64,000 nucleotides of DNA from sequence record NC_048818.1; one strand, given 5' to 3'. This DNA is from Escherichia phage VEc33. Under the pieces are notes generated by a model that saw only the letters and a list, made by a program, of their open reading frames with translations, was not told the origin of the DNA and ran no database searches. Positions within the stretch are counted from its first letter, which is position 1, and the number at the start of each line of letters is the position of its first letter. A program made the position numbers and the translations under genes. Below, piece after piece: positions 55,832 to 64,000 of the stretch.

Positions 55832-56464
55832 TTATTCTTTAACGTAGCCTAAAGCTATCGCAAGTTTTTCTAGTTCAGAAAGATTACGTTCTTGAGCTGG
55901 GACAGCTTTAGAACTTATTGCAGTAAAAGATTTACGCCATTCAGTATAATCATGACCATTCATGCTCTTAGCGAGATTGAATGTTGAGTCCTGATTACAA
56001 GGTACAGAAACTACCGAGACTTCGTATAGTTCTAAATCTTTAATAATAAATATATCAGTAGCTTCATCCCACTCTGCATCTAGGCAGCGGAATCCGATAC
56101 TAAAAGTTTTCAGTACACCGTTTTTAATTAGTGAAAAGATAGCCGGGTCAGAACTTTCATAGATCTCACATTCGATTTCGAGACCCATTTCAGTAGGGTT
56201 AAGATCAATACACTTACCGATTGGACGACGATGATCGTGTCCGAAAAGAATAATCGGGTTTTTCATATAGTTAGTAAGTGCATTAGATGTTTTCCACGCA
56301 GAAGCAGGAATTACATCACCAGCGCGATCTTTACTAATTGTATTAGCGAATCCACGGATTTTTACAACGCCCTCTTTGGATTCGCTATCAATAGATTTAA
56401 TATAAGCATCTAAATGAACGGGTGCTGATTTTAACTTGTTATAGTCAATAGCAGCTTGTGTCAT
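55832..56464 (-). CDS. Prohead protease
   Basis: 210 aa; HK97-type protease features (GHDH..., EVSVVSVPCN), between decoration and capsid genes. Confidence 0.75.
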   Translation of the reverse strand: MTQAAIDYNKLKSAPVHLDAYIKSIDSESKEGVVKIRGFANTISKDRAGDVIPASAWKTSNALTNYMKNPIILFGHDHRRPIGKCIDLNPTEMGLEIECEIYESSDPAIFSLIKNGVLKTFSIGFRCLDAEWDEATDIFIIKDLELYEVSVVSVPCNQDSTFNLAKSMNGHDYTEWRKSFTAISSKAVPAQERNLSELEKLAIALGYVKE

Positions 56465-56467
56465 TTA

Positions 56468-56962
56468 TTAGCCTCCAGGAACAGTAGGATTAACTGTCAC
56501 AGCACATGCAGTAGAATCCTTACTTACTTGCTTACTATCTGTTACAGTTACTTTATAAGAGCCGGCATCCTCCGTAGCTGCTGCAGGCTTAGTATAGGTA
56601 GCTCCTGAAGCACCAGGAATAGGAGAACCATCTTTAGTCCATGCATAAGTATATGGACCAGTACCACCAGTTGCAGTAACAGAAAGTGTTAATGCTGCTC
56701 CCTCTTCAACTGACATGCTAGCAGTTAAATCTCTAGAAAGAGTTAATGGTGGAGCCGGTGGAGCAGGAGGAACTGCTTTACCATAGGCCTCTACAAATTT
56801 CTTCCATACTTTACGGTTAGTATGCGCAGATGAAAGCCCTAGTTCTCTACGCAGAAAAGCATAGCTAGGAACATATTTATGCGCAGCAACCGTAGCAAAG
56901 AAGATATGAGATTCTGGCAGTTTTTCACCAAAAATGGTCTTTAGACCATTATAATCAATCAT
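56468..56962 (-). CDS. Capsid decoration protein with C-terminal Ig-like domain (T5 pb10-like)
   Basis: 164 aa; Pro-rich linker PPAPPAPP and Ig-like segment GGTGPYTYAWTKDGSPIPGASGATY. Confidence 0.65.
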   Translation of the reverse strand: MIDYNGLKTIFGEKLPESHIFFATVAAHKYVPSYAFLRRELGLSSAHTNRKVWKKFVEAYGKAVPPAPPAPPLTLSRDLTASMSVEEGAALTLSVTATGGTGPYTYAWTKDGSPIPGASGATYTKPAAATEDAGSYKVTVTDSKQVSKDSTACAVTVNPTVPGG

Positions 56963-58176
56963 TCTTTATCTCCCTCGGTGGAACCTTGAGGTCTACCACC
57001 TTCTTGACCAGATACACCTGTTGCAGAACCAGCAACGTTAGCAGGAATACGAATCCTATCCATCTGCTCATCATCTAAAGGTTCAAGGTTCAGCTCTAAA
57101 CGAGCTTCGTTACCAGTCATAATACCATTATTAACCAATGAGGTTAAATGTTTAGCCTCAGCTTCTTTATCTGGTGTTAATGCAGCTACTTCCTTAGTAT
57201 TAGGAGTAATCTTATAACCAAAAAAGAAAGTAAGAGAACTAGTCAGTTTGTTCAGCATAGGAATGATAGTCATATAATAGAACAATTCGATGTTTGGTCG
57301 AATATTCGCATTATTACCACCATCAAGCAGTACTTGCGGAACTCCAAAGGCTAGACAAATAGATTTATTAAATCCTTCGATGTCTTCCTTAAAGTCTAGA
57401 TCTTTAAAAGAGGATATTTGGGAGTACGGTTTAGCTTTCATACCACCATCTAGAATCAGGACAGAAGACTGACCAGTACTAGGATTATAATCGAGTTGTA
57501 ATTCTTCTTGTTTACGCTCACGCAATTTCTTGTTCAGGATTTCATCCGTCTCAAGAATAAGACCAATCACGGTTCCGTTATCTAGGAATTTCTCTTTAAA
57601 GTTAAGCATTTTAGAACGCTTTTCAAGAGAGTCAATAACAGTAGCAACACGAGATTGTCCAGAAATTTGAGAATTTGTGCCACACACGTAACTGTTATCC
57701 TTTATAAAGATAATCTCATCTACGCGATAGTTTATCTGATTATTAAATATAAATTTTTTGATAAACTTATTGGCATCTGCCTCGACCTGCATAAGAGCAG
57801 CCGGGACATGGTAAAGCGATGTGCCATCCCAATAGATGTATGCACAACCTTCAAAAAGTAGGTCAGTGACTACAAGCCTACGGAATGTGCTTATATCCAT
57901 GAATGGATTAGGTCGTACATTTAAGAGAGTGTCTAGAGTCTTTGTTTTGACGCCATTAGCGTACGTAACAATATTATATTTATCTCCGACAGTATAAGAA
58001 CACTCCGCCGCACTATCTATAACCATATTGGCAGTTCGATTGAGAATCTCAATCTTGCTATAGGCTTGTCCAGTGGTAAAAGGCTTACGGTTAGTGCGAT
58101 GACTAACTGGTTCCATGTCTCTTATAATACGTTGACCCGGATTTAGCTTTTCAGTAATCCAGCTTTTAAAACCCAT
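56959..58176 (-). CDS. Portal protein
   Basis: 405 aa, between terminase-side genes and protease, matching T5 portal size and order. Confidence 0.75.
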   Translation of the reverse strand: MGFKSWITEKLNPGQRIIRDMEPVSHRTNRKPFTTGQAYSKIEILNRTANMVIDSAAECSYTVGDKYNIVTYANGVKTKTLDTLLNVRPNPFMDISTFRRLVVTDLLFEGCAYIYWDGTSLYHVPAALMQVEADANKFIKKFIFNNQINYRVDEIIFIKDNSYVCGTNSQISGQSRVATVIDSLEKRSKMLNFKEKFLDNGTVIGLILETDEILNKKLRERKQEELQLDYNPSTGQSSVLILDGGMKAKPYSQISSFKDLDFKEDIEGFNKSICLAFGVPQVLLDGGNNANIRPNIELFYYMTIIPMLNKLTSSLTFFFGYKITPNTKEVAALTPDKEAEAKHLTSLVNNGIMTGNEARLELNLEPLDDEQMDRIRIPANVAGSATGVSGQEGGRPQGSTEGDKE

Positions 58177-58613
58177 TATAAGAACCTTGCGAATCCTGAT
58201 TTTATTTCAGTCTTGACTTGTGTCTTTTCTTGAGGATTCTGTAATTTGTCTTTCTGCTTTTGAACCCACACTTTTTGCTTATTAGCAGAAAATAAAGGAG
58301 GTTCTTTTGTGTAAACCTTATGTAATAGTTGGTGATGGTGTACACAAAGGGTAACAGTGTCTTCTACTAGCTCATACCTATATCGATCATAGAATGCCGT
58401 CCTATTTGAAAGGACTGTTTCTTCGTCAGTGAAATCCAATTGGAGTTCTTTAGCAAATTTTTTAACTAGTAGAGACACCGTATGGTAATGATGAAGCTCT
58501 AATTCTTCAGCACAACCGCAGATAGCACATTGAGAGTCTTTTTTATATTGACTTTTTATTCCGTCTCTCATAAGGGATATAGCATCGCGTCTATATTTTA
58601 TATTGCTTGCCAT
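58176..58613 (-). CDS. HNH endonuclease next to the terminase genes
   Basis: ATG 58613 with GGAGAA SD; His/Cys cluster CAICGC...LHHYH...CVHHH typical of HNH. Confidence 0.65.
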   Translation of the reverse strand: MASNIKYRRDAISLMRDGIKSQYKKDSQCAICGCAEELELHHYHTVSLLVKKFAKELQLDFTDEETVLSNRTAFYDRYRYELVEDTVTLCVHHHQLLHKVYTKEPPLFSANKQKVWVQKQKDKLQNPQEKTQVKTEIKSGFARFL

Positions 58614-58727
58614 AGTGTTCTCCTCAACTGTATGAATATAGTATACATAATCGTATCGAATTTGTAAAGGGGATTTTAAAATGCAGGAATGGGATACCAA
58701 CTGAGTAGTATCCCATCCTATACTTAT

Positions 58728-60044
58728 TTATTTACCACGGGAAATAGAGTAAATTCCATAGCGCAGAGCATCACAGAGGTGAGAGTTAGCATCATGACGT
58801 GGTTTTTCACGCGATAATTTCTCTTCGCCTTCTTGGAAGTCCCACTTATAGTTCTGCAATGCATGAATTAAGGAGGAACATGAGGCATCTACAATAATCT
58901 TACCCTGTTGGAATAGTGCCTGCAAACATGCTAGGCCATCTAGGACAGATTTTTTAGCTGGAGCTGATGCAATTTCATGCTCGTAAGCTAAATCCTGGCG
59001 GAACTGAGCGGCGGCAGAGTCAACAAAAATACGATCAACTTTATAACGATCTATACAATGCTGAATATAAGCAGCGTGCTGGGCTGTAGTTTTTTCAGCC
59101 TGCTGGTACTCTTCTAATACATAGTAAGTATCCGTATCGTAATGATATTTAATAGTAAGAACTGCTGTAGGATCACGATAACCAACGTCAATGCCAAGCA
59201 ACGTTTCGAATGCTTCATCATCTTTAAAGAAGTGACGCATACCTTTGAGGTCTTTAACATGATCTATAGCATTGAAGGTATCAAATATCTGGCCTTCGAA
59301 TACAGAGAAGTCAGCCTCATATTCTTGGCGGAAATAGTTTTTACTAACTGTACGACGTGCTTCCTCAATATCATTCAAGTCGGCACGTGGGTTATCACGA
59401 TATGTACCATGAATAGATACCCAGTTAGGCAACGTATCATCAAATCCGTAGGCGTAAAACTCTTTAAACCAGTTACCCCCACGAGGGGTGGAAATAAATA
59501 GAGCCTTAGAATTAGGCTTATCTAGAGTAGGACGCAGCTGAACCCTGAAGGCATCACCACCCACATCGGAAATTGCCGCCTCATCAAAGATGATAAAATC
59601 ATATGAACGTCCAACTGCGGAGTCAGCCTGAGCCGCGGAAGCTAGTTTAAATAGAGAACCATTAGCTAACTCAATCTCTTTATCTTTAGCGTTTTCACGT
59701 TCGGTTTGTAGGCCATACTTCTTAATAAGACCACGAATCTGAGACCATCCAATATTAGCCAGTGAATAGTTAGGTGCAACAACAAGCACTTTTACATTGG
59801 GTTCTAGCAACTTTAGGAACCCAAGTGTATATGCTATAAAGGACTTGCCTACACGGCGTGATACACACGCCGTTACAAAACGATGTCTAGGGTCTTCTAG
59901 GGCATTGATAATTGCTATTTGAGGGCCGTTAGGTGTAATACCCTCTTGTGCTAATATTCCAGAAACAGGTAGACGGAAGAAACGTTTGTCTATTCCGAAA
60001 TCAATAACATCTACTGTGTTAACATAGGGTCTTGACACTTCCAT
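58728..60044 (-). CDS. Terminase large subunit
   Basis: 438 aa; Walker A-like RRVGKS, Walker B DFIIFDEAA, C-terminal nuclease-like acidic residues. Confidence 0.88.
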   Translation of the reverse strand: MEVSRPYVNTVDVIDFGIDKRFFRLPVSGILAQEGITPNGPQIAIINALEDPRHRFVTACVSRRVGKSFIAYTLGFLKLLEPNVKVLVVAPNYSLANIGWSQIRGLIKKYGLQTERENAKDKEIELANGSLFKLASAAQADSAVGRSYDFIIFDEAAISDVGGDAFRVQLRPTLDKPNSKALFISTPRGGNWFKEFYAYGFDDTLPNWVSIHGTYRDNPRADLNDIEEARRTVSKNYFRQEYEADFSVFEGQIFDTFNAIDHVKDLKGMRHFFKDDEAFETLLGIDVGYRDPTAVLTIKYHYDTDTYYVLEEYQQAEKTTAQHAAYIQHCIDRYKVDRIFVDSAAAQFRQDLAYEHEIASAPAKKSVLDGLACLQALFQQGKIIVDASCSSLIHALQNYKWDFQEGEEKLSREKPRHDANSHLCDALRYGIYSISRGK

Positions 60045-60526
60045 TACTTCTTACCTCCAGTAGCTAGAGAAGTAATTAAATCCATGTAGTTTTGATCCCC
60101 AGCTCCAGCAATAATGTTATTCTGGATATTAGTCTGATTAGCAGGAGCTCGAACGGCAGCTTTAGCTTTTTCTAACTCCACCATCATTTTCATCTCTTCC
60201 ATCTTCATCTTATGTGCTTTCCAGAGAATATCCATAATATCCTGGTCAGAGCCCATGCCAGTTTCTTCTAGCTCTTCTAGCTTACGTTTAATAACTTCGT
60301 CTAGAACACCAAATAAACGATCTCTATTACGGAATCCACTCTCCATAAAAATATCATTTAAGTAGTTCTTAACTTCACTACGATTCATAATATCTCGGAA
60401 AGCAATTTCAGACATTCCAAGACTACGTGCTGCGGCAGGGACATCACTACCGCATTGCAGATACGCTTCAATCACATCCATCCCTTCAGGGGACATAAGA
60501 TCTGGTACTAGTACATCATTTGCCAT
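60044..60526 (-). CDS. Putative terminase small subunit
   Basis: 160 aa, HTH-like N-terminus, directly upstream of and overlapping terL. Confidence 0.55.
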   Translation of the reverse strand: MANDVLVPDLMSPEGMDVIEAYLQCGSDVPAAARSLGMSEIAFRDIMNRSEVKNYLNDIFMESGFRNRDRLFGVLDEVIKRKLEELEETGMGSDQDIMDILWKAHKMKMEEMKMMVELEKAKAAVRAPANQTNIQNNIIAGAGDQNYMDLITSLATGGKK

Positions 60527-60536
60527 ATTTCCTCCT

Positions 60537-62294
60537 TTAGGTAAGGCGTTGAACTGTTACTCTTAATCTAGGTAGGAAAACTGCGCTACCCAAACTCACG
60601 TGCATAACTACTCCTAACTCTACGTTTCCGTTTCCTAGATTTTTAACAGTATATATAAAACTGTTTCTACTTAGAGCATTGTTAGGTGTATATCTAAAAG
60701 CAGATGTAGTATGAAAAGGTACTAGATAGCCCACAGGTAGCGTTAAAATCTGGTGGAATATTGCATCCCCGCCGCTATAGCTATATGCTCTTCTTCCTTG
60801 AACTTGGAACACACCATTATTCCATGTATTAGCGGGAACACCCGCACAATTAAGATTACCTGATATAACTTCAGTAGTAAGAATTACTGTAGCATTTCCG
60901 CCTGGTATACCTAGCCCAATAGTTGATAGACCAACGTATCTATCACCCGTTCCTGGGTAGCTGGGAGTAATATCATCCCCCATATAAGAACTACCTACAT
61001 TTCCACCAAAAAGTCGCAGTGGAACTGCTGATGGTCCCCAAACAACCCCATGCTCGTTACCAATAGTATTATCATTAGAGTTTACATACCACTGTTTACC
61101 TACTCCGAACCTATAAATGCTAATCTGTGATTTAGCCCCCCCATAATCTACAGGAGACCATAATCCTCCATTACTAGACCCTACAAGTTCACACCTTGCC
61201 GTGGTATCACCAAAAACTCCGGTATACGCTGCGTTATTCCCTATATACTCCATATCAGGACGGTAACCTAGGTTACCAAAAGCATTCTGATTTATAAATT
61301 TATACCCGGTATTAGGGAGACTTACCCCTTTAATTATGAAGTTAGAAGGAGATATAAGAATATCAGAACCAGTAAAGGGGTTGCCTGAAATACTCATTCC
61401 ACCATTCGAGTACCTTAAATTAAGAACATACCAAATAACCTTAGTAGGAGTTATATTATACCAGTCCTGTAGTATTGTAGAGTCACCCGACTGGTTGGCC
61501 AGATTAGTAGTAGATCCCCTACAAACAAATCTATTACCGCCGTCGTGGTACATAGTATTTACATTACCTGGGAGCCCTTGTCTAACTCCACCATATCCAC
61601 GTATATTAGAATTACAAACATAAAACCAATCATGCCCTCTATGTGCTGCTCCTAGGGGCGACATCCATCCAGGATCCCAATAGTACGGGTTATTGCCATC
61701 TACAGGTACTGTGCTACTATTAGTAGGAAAACCTAATTGTGCAAAGGCTTCTGCAACAGTAACACCTACAGGAGCTCCCGCACCGGGCCTAACTATCCCA
61801 TGATAGGTACTATGTAACGTAGTACCCCCTGTACCACTCCTAGAGATAGATTCTTCATGCCCTAGAGAGGGATTATAATTATAAGTGCCAGATGCTAGAC
61901 TATTACCAAATGCAAATCCACTGGTTTGAGAAACACTAGCAAAAGATCTAAAGGGATCAGCTTGAGTGGCAACTATAGTTTGACCAACTTGAGATTGAGT
62001 ACCATTAAGAAAAGCCCTATGAGTACCATTAATTTCAACAGCAGTTAGTATAACTCTACCGGGATCGTTAGATTTAATATTTATTATGTCAGAGGGCATC
62101 TGACATACAAAAAACCCATTTCCGGCATTACCTAACCCAGCCTCGTAAGTACCATCAACTAGGACAAATGGCATATCACTATGAAAAATACTATTATTAT
62201 TTGGACTATAGTGACGATTAATGTCACCCCCAGATTCAGTATTTAAAGATAGTACGGTCTTACCATCGCTATACTTTCCAGCGAAAAAACCCAT
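60537..62294 (-). CDS. Putative receptor-binding protein (pb5-like tail tip adhesin)
   Basis: 585 aa, Gly/Asn/Ser/Thr-rich; divergently paired with a lipoprotein gene as in the T5 oad-llp arrangement. Confidence 0.55.
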   Translation of the reverse strand: MGFFAGKYSDGKTVLSLNTESGGDINRHYSPNNNSIFHSDMPFVLVDGTYEAGLGNAGNGFFVCQMPSDIINIKSNDPGRVILTAVEINGTHRAFLNGTQSQVGQTIVATQADPFRSFASVSQTSGFAFGNSLASGTYNYNPSLGHEESISRSGTGGTTLHSTYHGIVRPGAGAPVGVTVAEAFAQLGFPTNSSTVPVDGNNPYYWDPGWMSPLGAAHRGHDWFYVCNSNIRGYGGVRQGLPGNVNTMYHDGGNRFVCRGSTTNLANQSGDSTILQDWYNITPTKVIWYVLNLRYSNGGMSISGNPFTGSDILISPSNFIIKGVSLPNTGYKFINQNAFGNLGYRPDMEYIGNNAAYTGVFGDTTARCELVGSSNGGLWSPVDYGGAKSQISIYRFGVGKQWYVNSNDNTIGNEHGVVWGPSAVPLRLFGGNVGSSYMGDDITPSYPGTGDRYVGLSTIGLGIPGGNATVILTTEVISGNLNCAGVPANTWNNGVFQVQGRRAYSYSGGDAIFHQILTLPVGYLVPFHTTSAFRYTPNNALSRNSFIYTVKNLGNGNVELGVVMHVSLGSAVFLPRLRVTVQRLT

Positions 62295-62319
62295 ATAATC
62301 TCCTATTATAAAAATGTAT

Positions 62320-62348
62320 TTGCTTTCATCCCTCTATTTTGCTATAAT
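62320..62348 (+). promoter_or_regulatory. T5-type early promoter (TTGCTT, 17 bp, TATAAT, AGATTCATAAATT) for the lipoprotein gene
   Basis: TTGCTT 62320-62325, TATAAT 62343-62348; near-identical to the promoter at 17966-17994; GGAGAG SD then ATG 62380. Confidence 0.75.
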
Positions 62349-62379
62349 AGATTCATAAATTAGAAATGGAGAGATAAAT

Positions 62380-62652
62380 ATGAAAAAGTTTGTGATTGCA
62401 CTAGTTGCCGCAGTTATGTTATCTGGTTGTGCACCTGCACCTGCTCCCAAACCATTTTGTACGGGATTTGTAAAATCTTTTGGGGGTGCGGGAGAAGAAC
62501 ATTACGGTCTCAAGGTTCAAAAAGTTCGTATTAAGGGAGATCGCTTTCCAGTAGTACAGCTCCGTACTAAGTTTGGATGGTGGGATCTCAGTCAGTTCGA
62601 TCTTAAATATGGTGATTGTAAATTTAAACTAGAGCAATCTAATTACCTGTAA
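62380..62652 (+). CDS. llp: Lipoprotein, likely Llp-type receptor-blocking protein
   Basis: Signal peptide with lipobox LSGC, Pro/Ala linker; expressed from an early promoter next to the RBP gene. Confidence 0.6.
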   Translation: MKKFVIALVAAVMLSGCAPAPAPKPFCTGFVKSFGGAGEEHYGLKVQKVRIKGDRFPVVQLRTKFGWWDLSQFDLKYGDCKFKLEQSNYL

Positions 62653-62828
62653 TTAGTATAAAGCAAAAAGACATCCAAGTAAACTAAATTTTTTATTTCT
62701 TGGATGGTGTACTGGCAGAAACCACTATATGAGAAAAGTTGAAGTCCTTCTAGGAGTTCACAGGCACGGTTGGTTGCGCACAAATTGTAGAATATTTTAA
62801 ATACCACACTTATAGGAGCATGAAAGAT

Positions 62829-62957
62829 ATGTCGAACAAAAGAAAGAGCAGACGTGGAGAAGTGTATGAGAGTTGGATAAATAGTTTTGGGTTCGGAACT
62901 ATCCTATTCTTTATTTTCGTAGGTTTTTGGTTAGCAGCTATGGCGGGGTGGATTTAA
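62829..62957 (+). CDS. Small membrane protein (42 aa), not in ORF track
   Basis: ATG 62829 with AGGAG SD at 10 nt; one hydrophobic helix GFGTILFFIFVGFWLAAMAGWI; stop overlaps next start (TAATG). Confidence 0.4.
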   Translation: MSNKRKSRRGEVYESWINSFGFGTILFFIFVGFWLAAMAGWI

Positions 62958-63064
62958 TGGGATGGATAATTATTGCGTTGCTAGGGATTGTGATTATCGG
63001 GCAATGTATTTTAGATAATCACTTAGCTAGAATTGAAACTTTACTAACGGAGAAACGTAAATGA
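62957..63064 (+). CDS. Small membrane protein (35 aa), not in ORF track
   Basis: ATG 62957; hydrophobic GWIIIALLGIVIIG; stop overlaps next start (ATGA). Confidence 0.4.
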   Translation: MGWIIIALLGIVIIGQCILDNHLARIETLLTEKRK

Positions 63065-63255
63065 TGGAAGTAGTAGCTACACTAATAGTAATACTAGTCT
63101 GGGCAACTTTCATTGTTTCTTATAACGCGTATATTCGCCTAAAAACCCTAGAGGCTCAGGTAAACCAGCAACAATTTGCCATAGAAAAATTAGTAGAGCT
63201 GCAACGTTGTGATAGCACTCGTATTCTGCAAATTGAGAGGGAATTAGATGTTTAG
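63061..63255 (+). CDS. Small membrane protein (64 aa) with N-terminal TM helix and coiled-coil tail
   Basis: ORF track; TM VVATLIVILVWATFIV then charged helix. Confidence 0.45.
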   Translation: MMEVVATLIVILVWATFIVSYNAYIRLKTLEAQVNQQQFAIEKLVELQRCDSTRILQIERELDV

Positions 63256-63466
63256 TATTATAATTACTTTTATTATCGGGATACTCGCGGGAGTTTTCGG
63301 GACGACTGCGGCAATCAATAAGCATCGTAAATATATTGCGGAAGTATCGCGGGAGATTGCGGAAAGGGAGCGGAAGTTTGACGAGAAACGTGCGGAGTTT
63401 GAGCGGGAGTGGAATGATGGTTCAAGAAGTTCTAGGAGGAGATTCAAGATAAATGGCAAGTCATAA
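63248..63466 (+). CDS. Small membrane protein (72 aa) with N-terminal TM helix and Arg/Glu-rich tail
   Basis: ORF track; TM IIITFIIGILAGVFGTTAAI. Confidence 0.45.
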   Translation: MFSIIITFIIGILAGVFGTTAAINKHRKYIAEVSREIAERERKFDEKRAEFEREWNDGSRSSRRRFKINGKS

Positions 63467-63950
63467 ACCTCTACTTCCCTTAGTCGAATACCAGAAGAAA
63501 TTTGATTATGATCCTGAAACCGGTATGTTTACCTGGAACTCAGGAAGTCGTAAAGGTAAGCCGGCAGGCGGTAGAGAGAAAGATGGTATAACTCTTTACA
63601 TGGGCAAACTCGGGAGATTTAAGGCACATCGTGTAGCATGGCTCTACATTACGGGAGAAGATCCAGGAGATTCTCTCATTGATCATAAAGACCAAGATCC
63701 CTTCAATAATAAGTGGGAGAATCTTCGTAAAGCTTCACACGCAGAGAATGGTAAAAACTCCTCGGGGTGGAAGAATGAGTCTACAGGGGTCAAGGGAATA
63801 ACTCTTACAAGCTCGGGAAAATATCGGGCAAGAATCAGAGTCGATGGCAATATGGTAAATATAGGAACTTTCGGAAGTCTTGAAGAAGCTATTTCAGAAC
63901 TCAGTGCAGCTCGTGAGATTCTCCACGGTGAGTTCGCTAATACCGTTTAA
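63453..63950 (+). CDS. HNH-family homing endonuclease-like protein with AP2-like domain
   Basis: KAHRVAWLYITGEDPGDSLIDHKDQDPFNNKWENLR (HNH-like) plus GVKGITLTSSGKYRARIRVDG...FGSLEEA (AP2-like); paralog of 24727-25260. Confidence 0.7.
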   Translation: MASHKPLLPLVEYQKKFDYDPETGMFTWNSGSRKGKPAGGREKDGITLYMGKLGRFKAHRVAWLYITGEDPGDSLIDHKDQDPFNNKWENLRKASHAENGKNSSGWKNESTGVKGITLTSSGKYRARIRVDGNMVNIGTFGSLEEAISELSAAREILHGEFANTV

Positions 63951-64000
63951 TAGCGCTAATTGACTTTTGCCAAATTCTTTGGATTACGTACGCGTGGGTG

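Noticed and set aside
1-64000. Prophage or genomic-island interpretation (integrase, att sites, transposase)
   Set aside because: No integrase or transposase-like ORF and no host-type genes; content and order match a lytic T5-like phage genome segment.

Overview
This window reads as a contiguous segment of a T5-like (Tequintavirus-type) lytic siphophage genome; I found no integrase, transposase, CRISPR array or tRNA. All calls are from reading the sequence and the supplied ORF track, with no database search run. Layout: (1) 1-8998, minus strand: early nucleotide-metabolism genes (partial DEDD-like exonuclease, RNase H, thymidylate synthase, DHFR, NrdB, NrdA, PhoH) plus small hypothetical ORFs. 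(2) 9360-36744, plus strand: NrdD, a compact operon of small ORFs with a Sir2-like protein, a HAD-like hydrolase and a tandem paralog pair, then the replication module (large P-loop replication protein, PC4-like SSB, split NAD-dependent ligase, DnaB-like helicase, HNH endonuclease, primase, family-A DNA polymerase, SF2 helicase, SbcD/SbcC-like pair, flap endonuclease, dUTPase). (3) 36800-62294, minus strand: late morphogenesis genes in T5 order (L-shaped tail fibre, collar, pb4-, pb3-, pb9-like proteins, tape measure, tail tube, major capsid, protease, decoration, portal, terminase, receptor-binding protein). (4) 62380-63950, plus strand: a lipoprotein (Llp-like), four small overlapping membrane-protein ORFs and a second HNH-AP2 endonuclease. 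Seventeen promoters of one conserved family (-35 TTGCTT-like, 17-18 bp spacer, -10 TATAAT) occur on both strands; the one at 17966-17994 matches, from memory, the classical T5 PN25 promoter. I did not find an unambiguous novel defence or anti-defence system. The best candidates for follow-up are the Sir2-like operon (11277-14331), the ~620 bp promoter-driven non-coding region at 14332-14950, the heptad tandem repeats in the tail fibre gene, and the small membrane-protein cluster next to the receptor-binding module.
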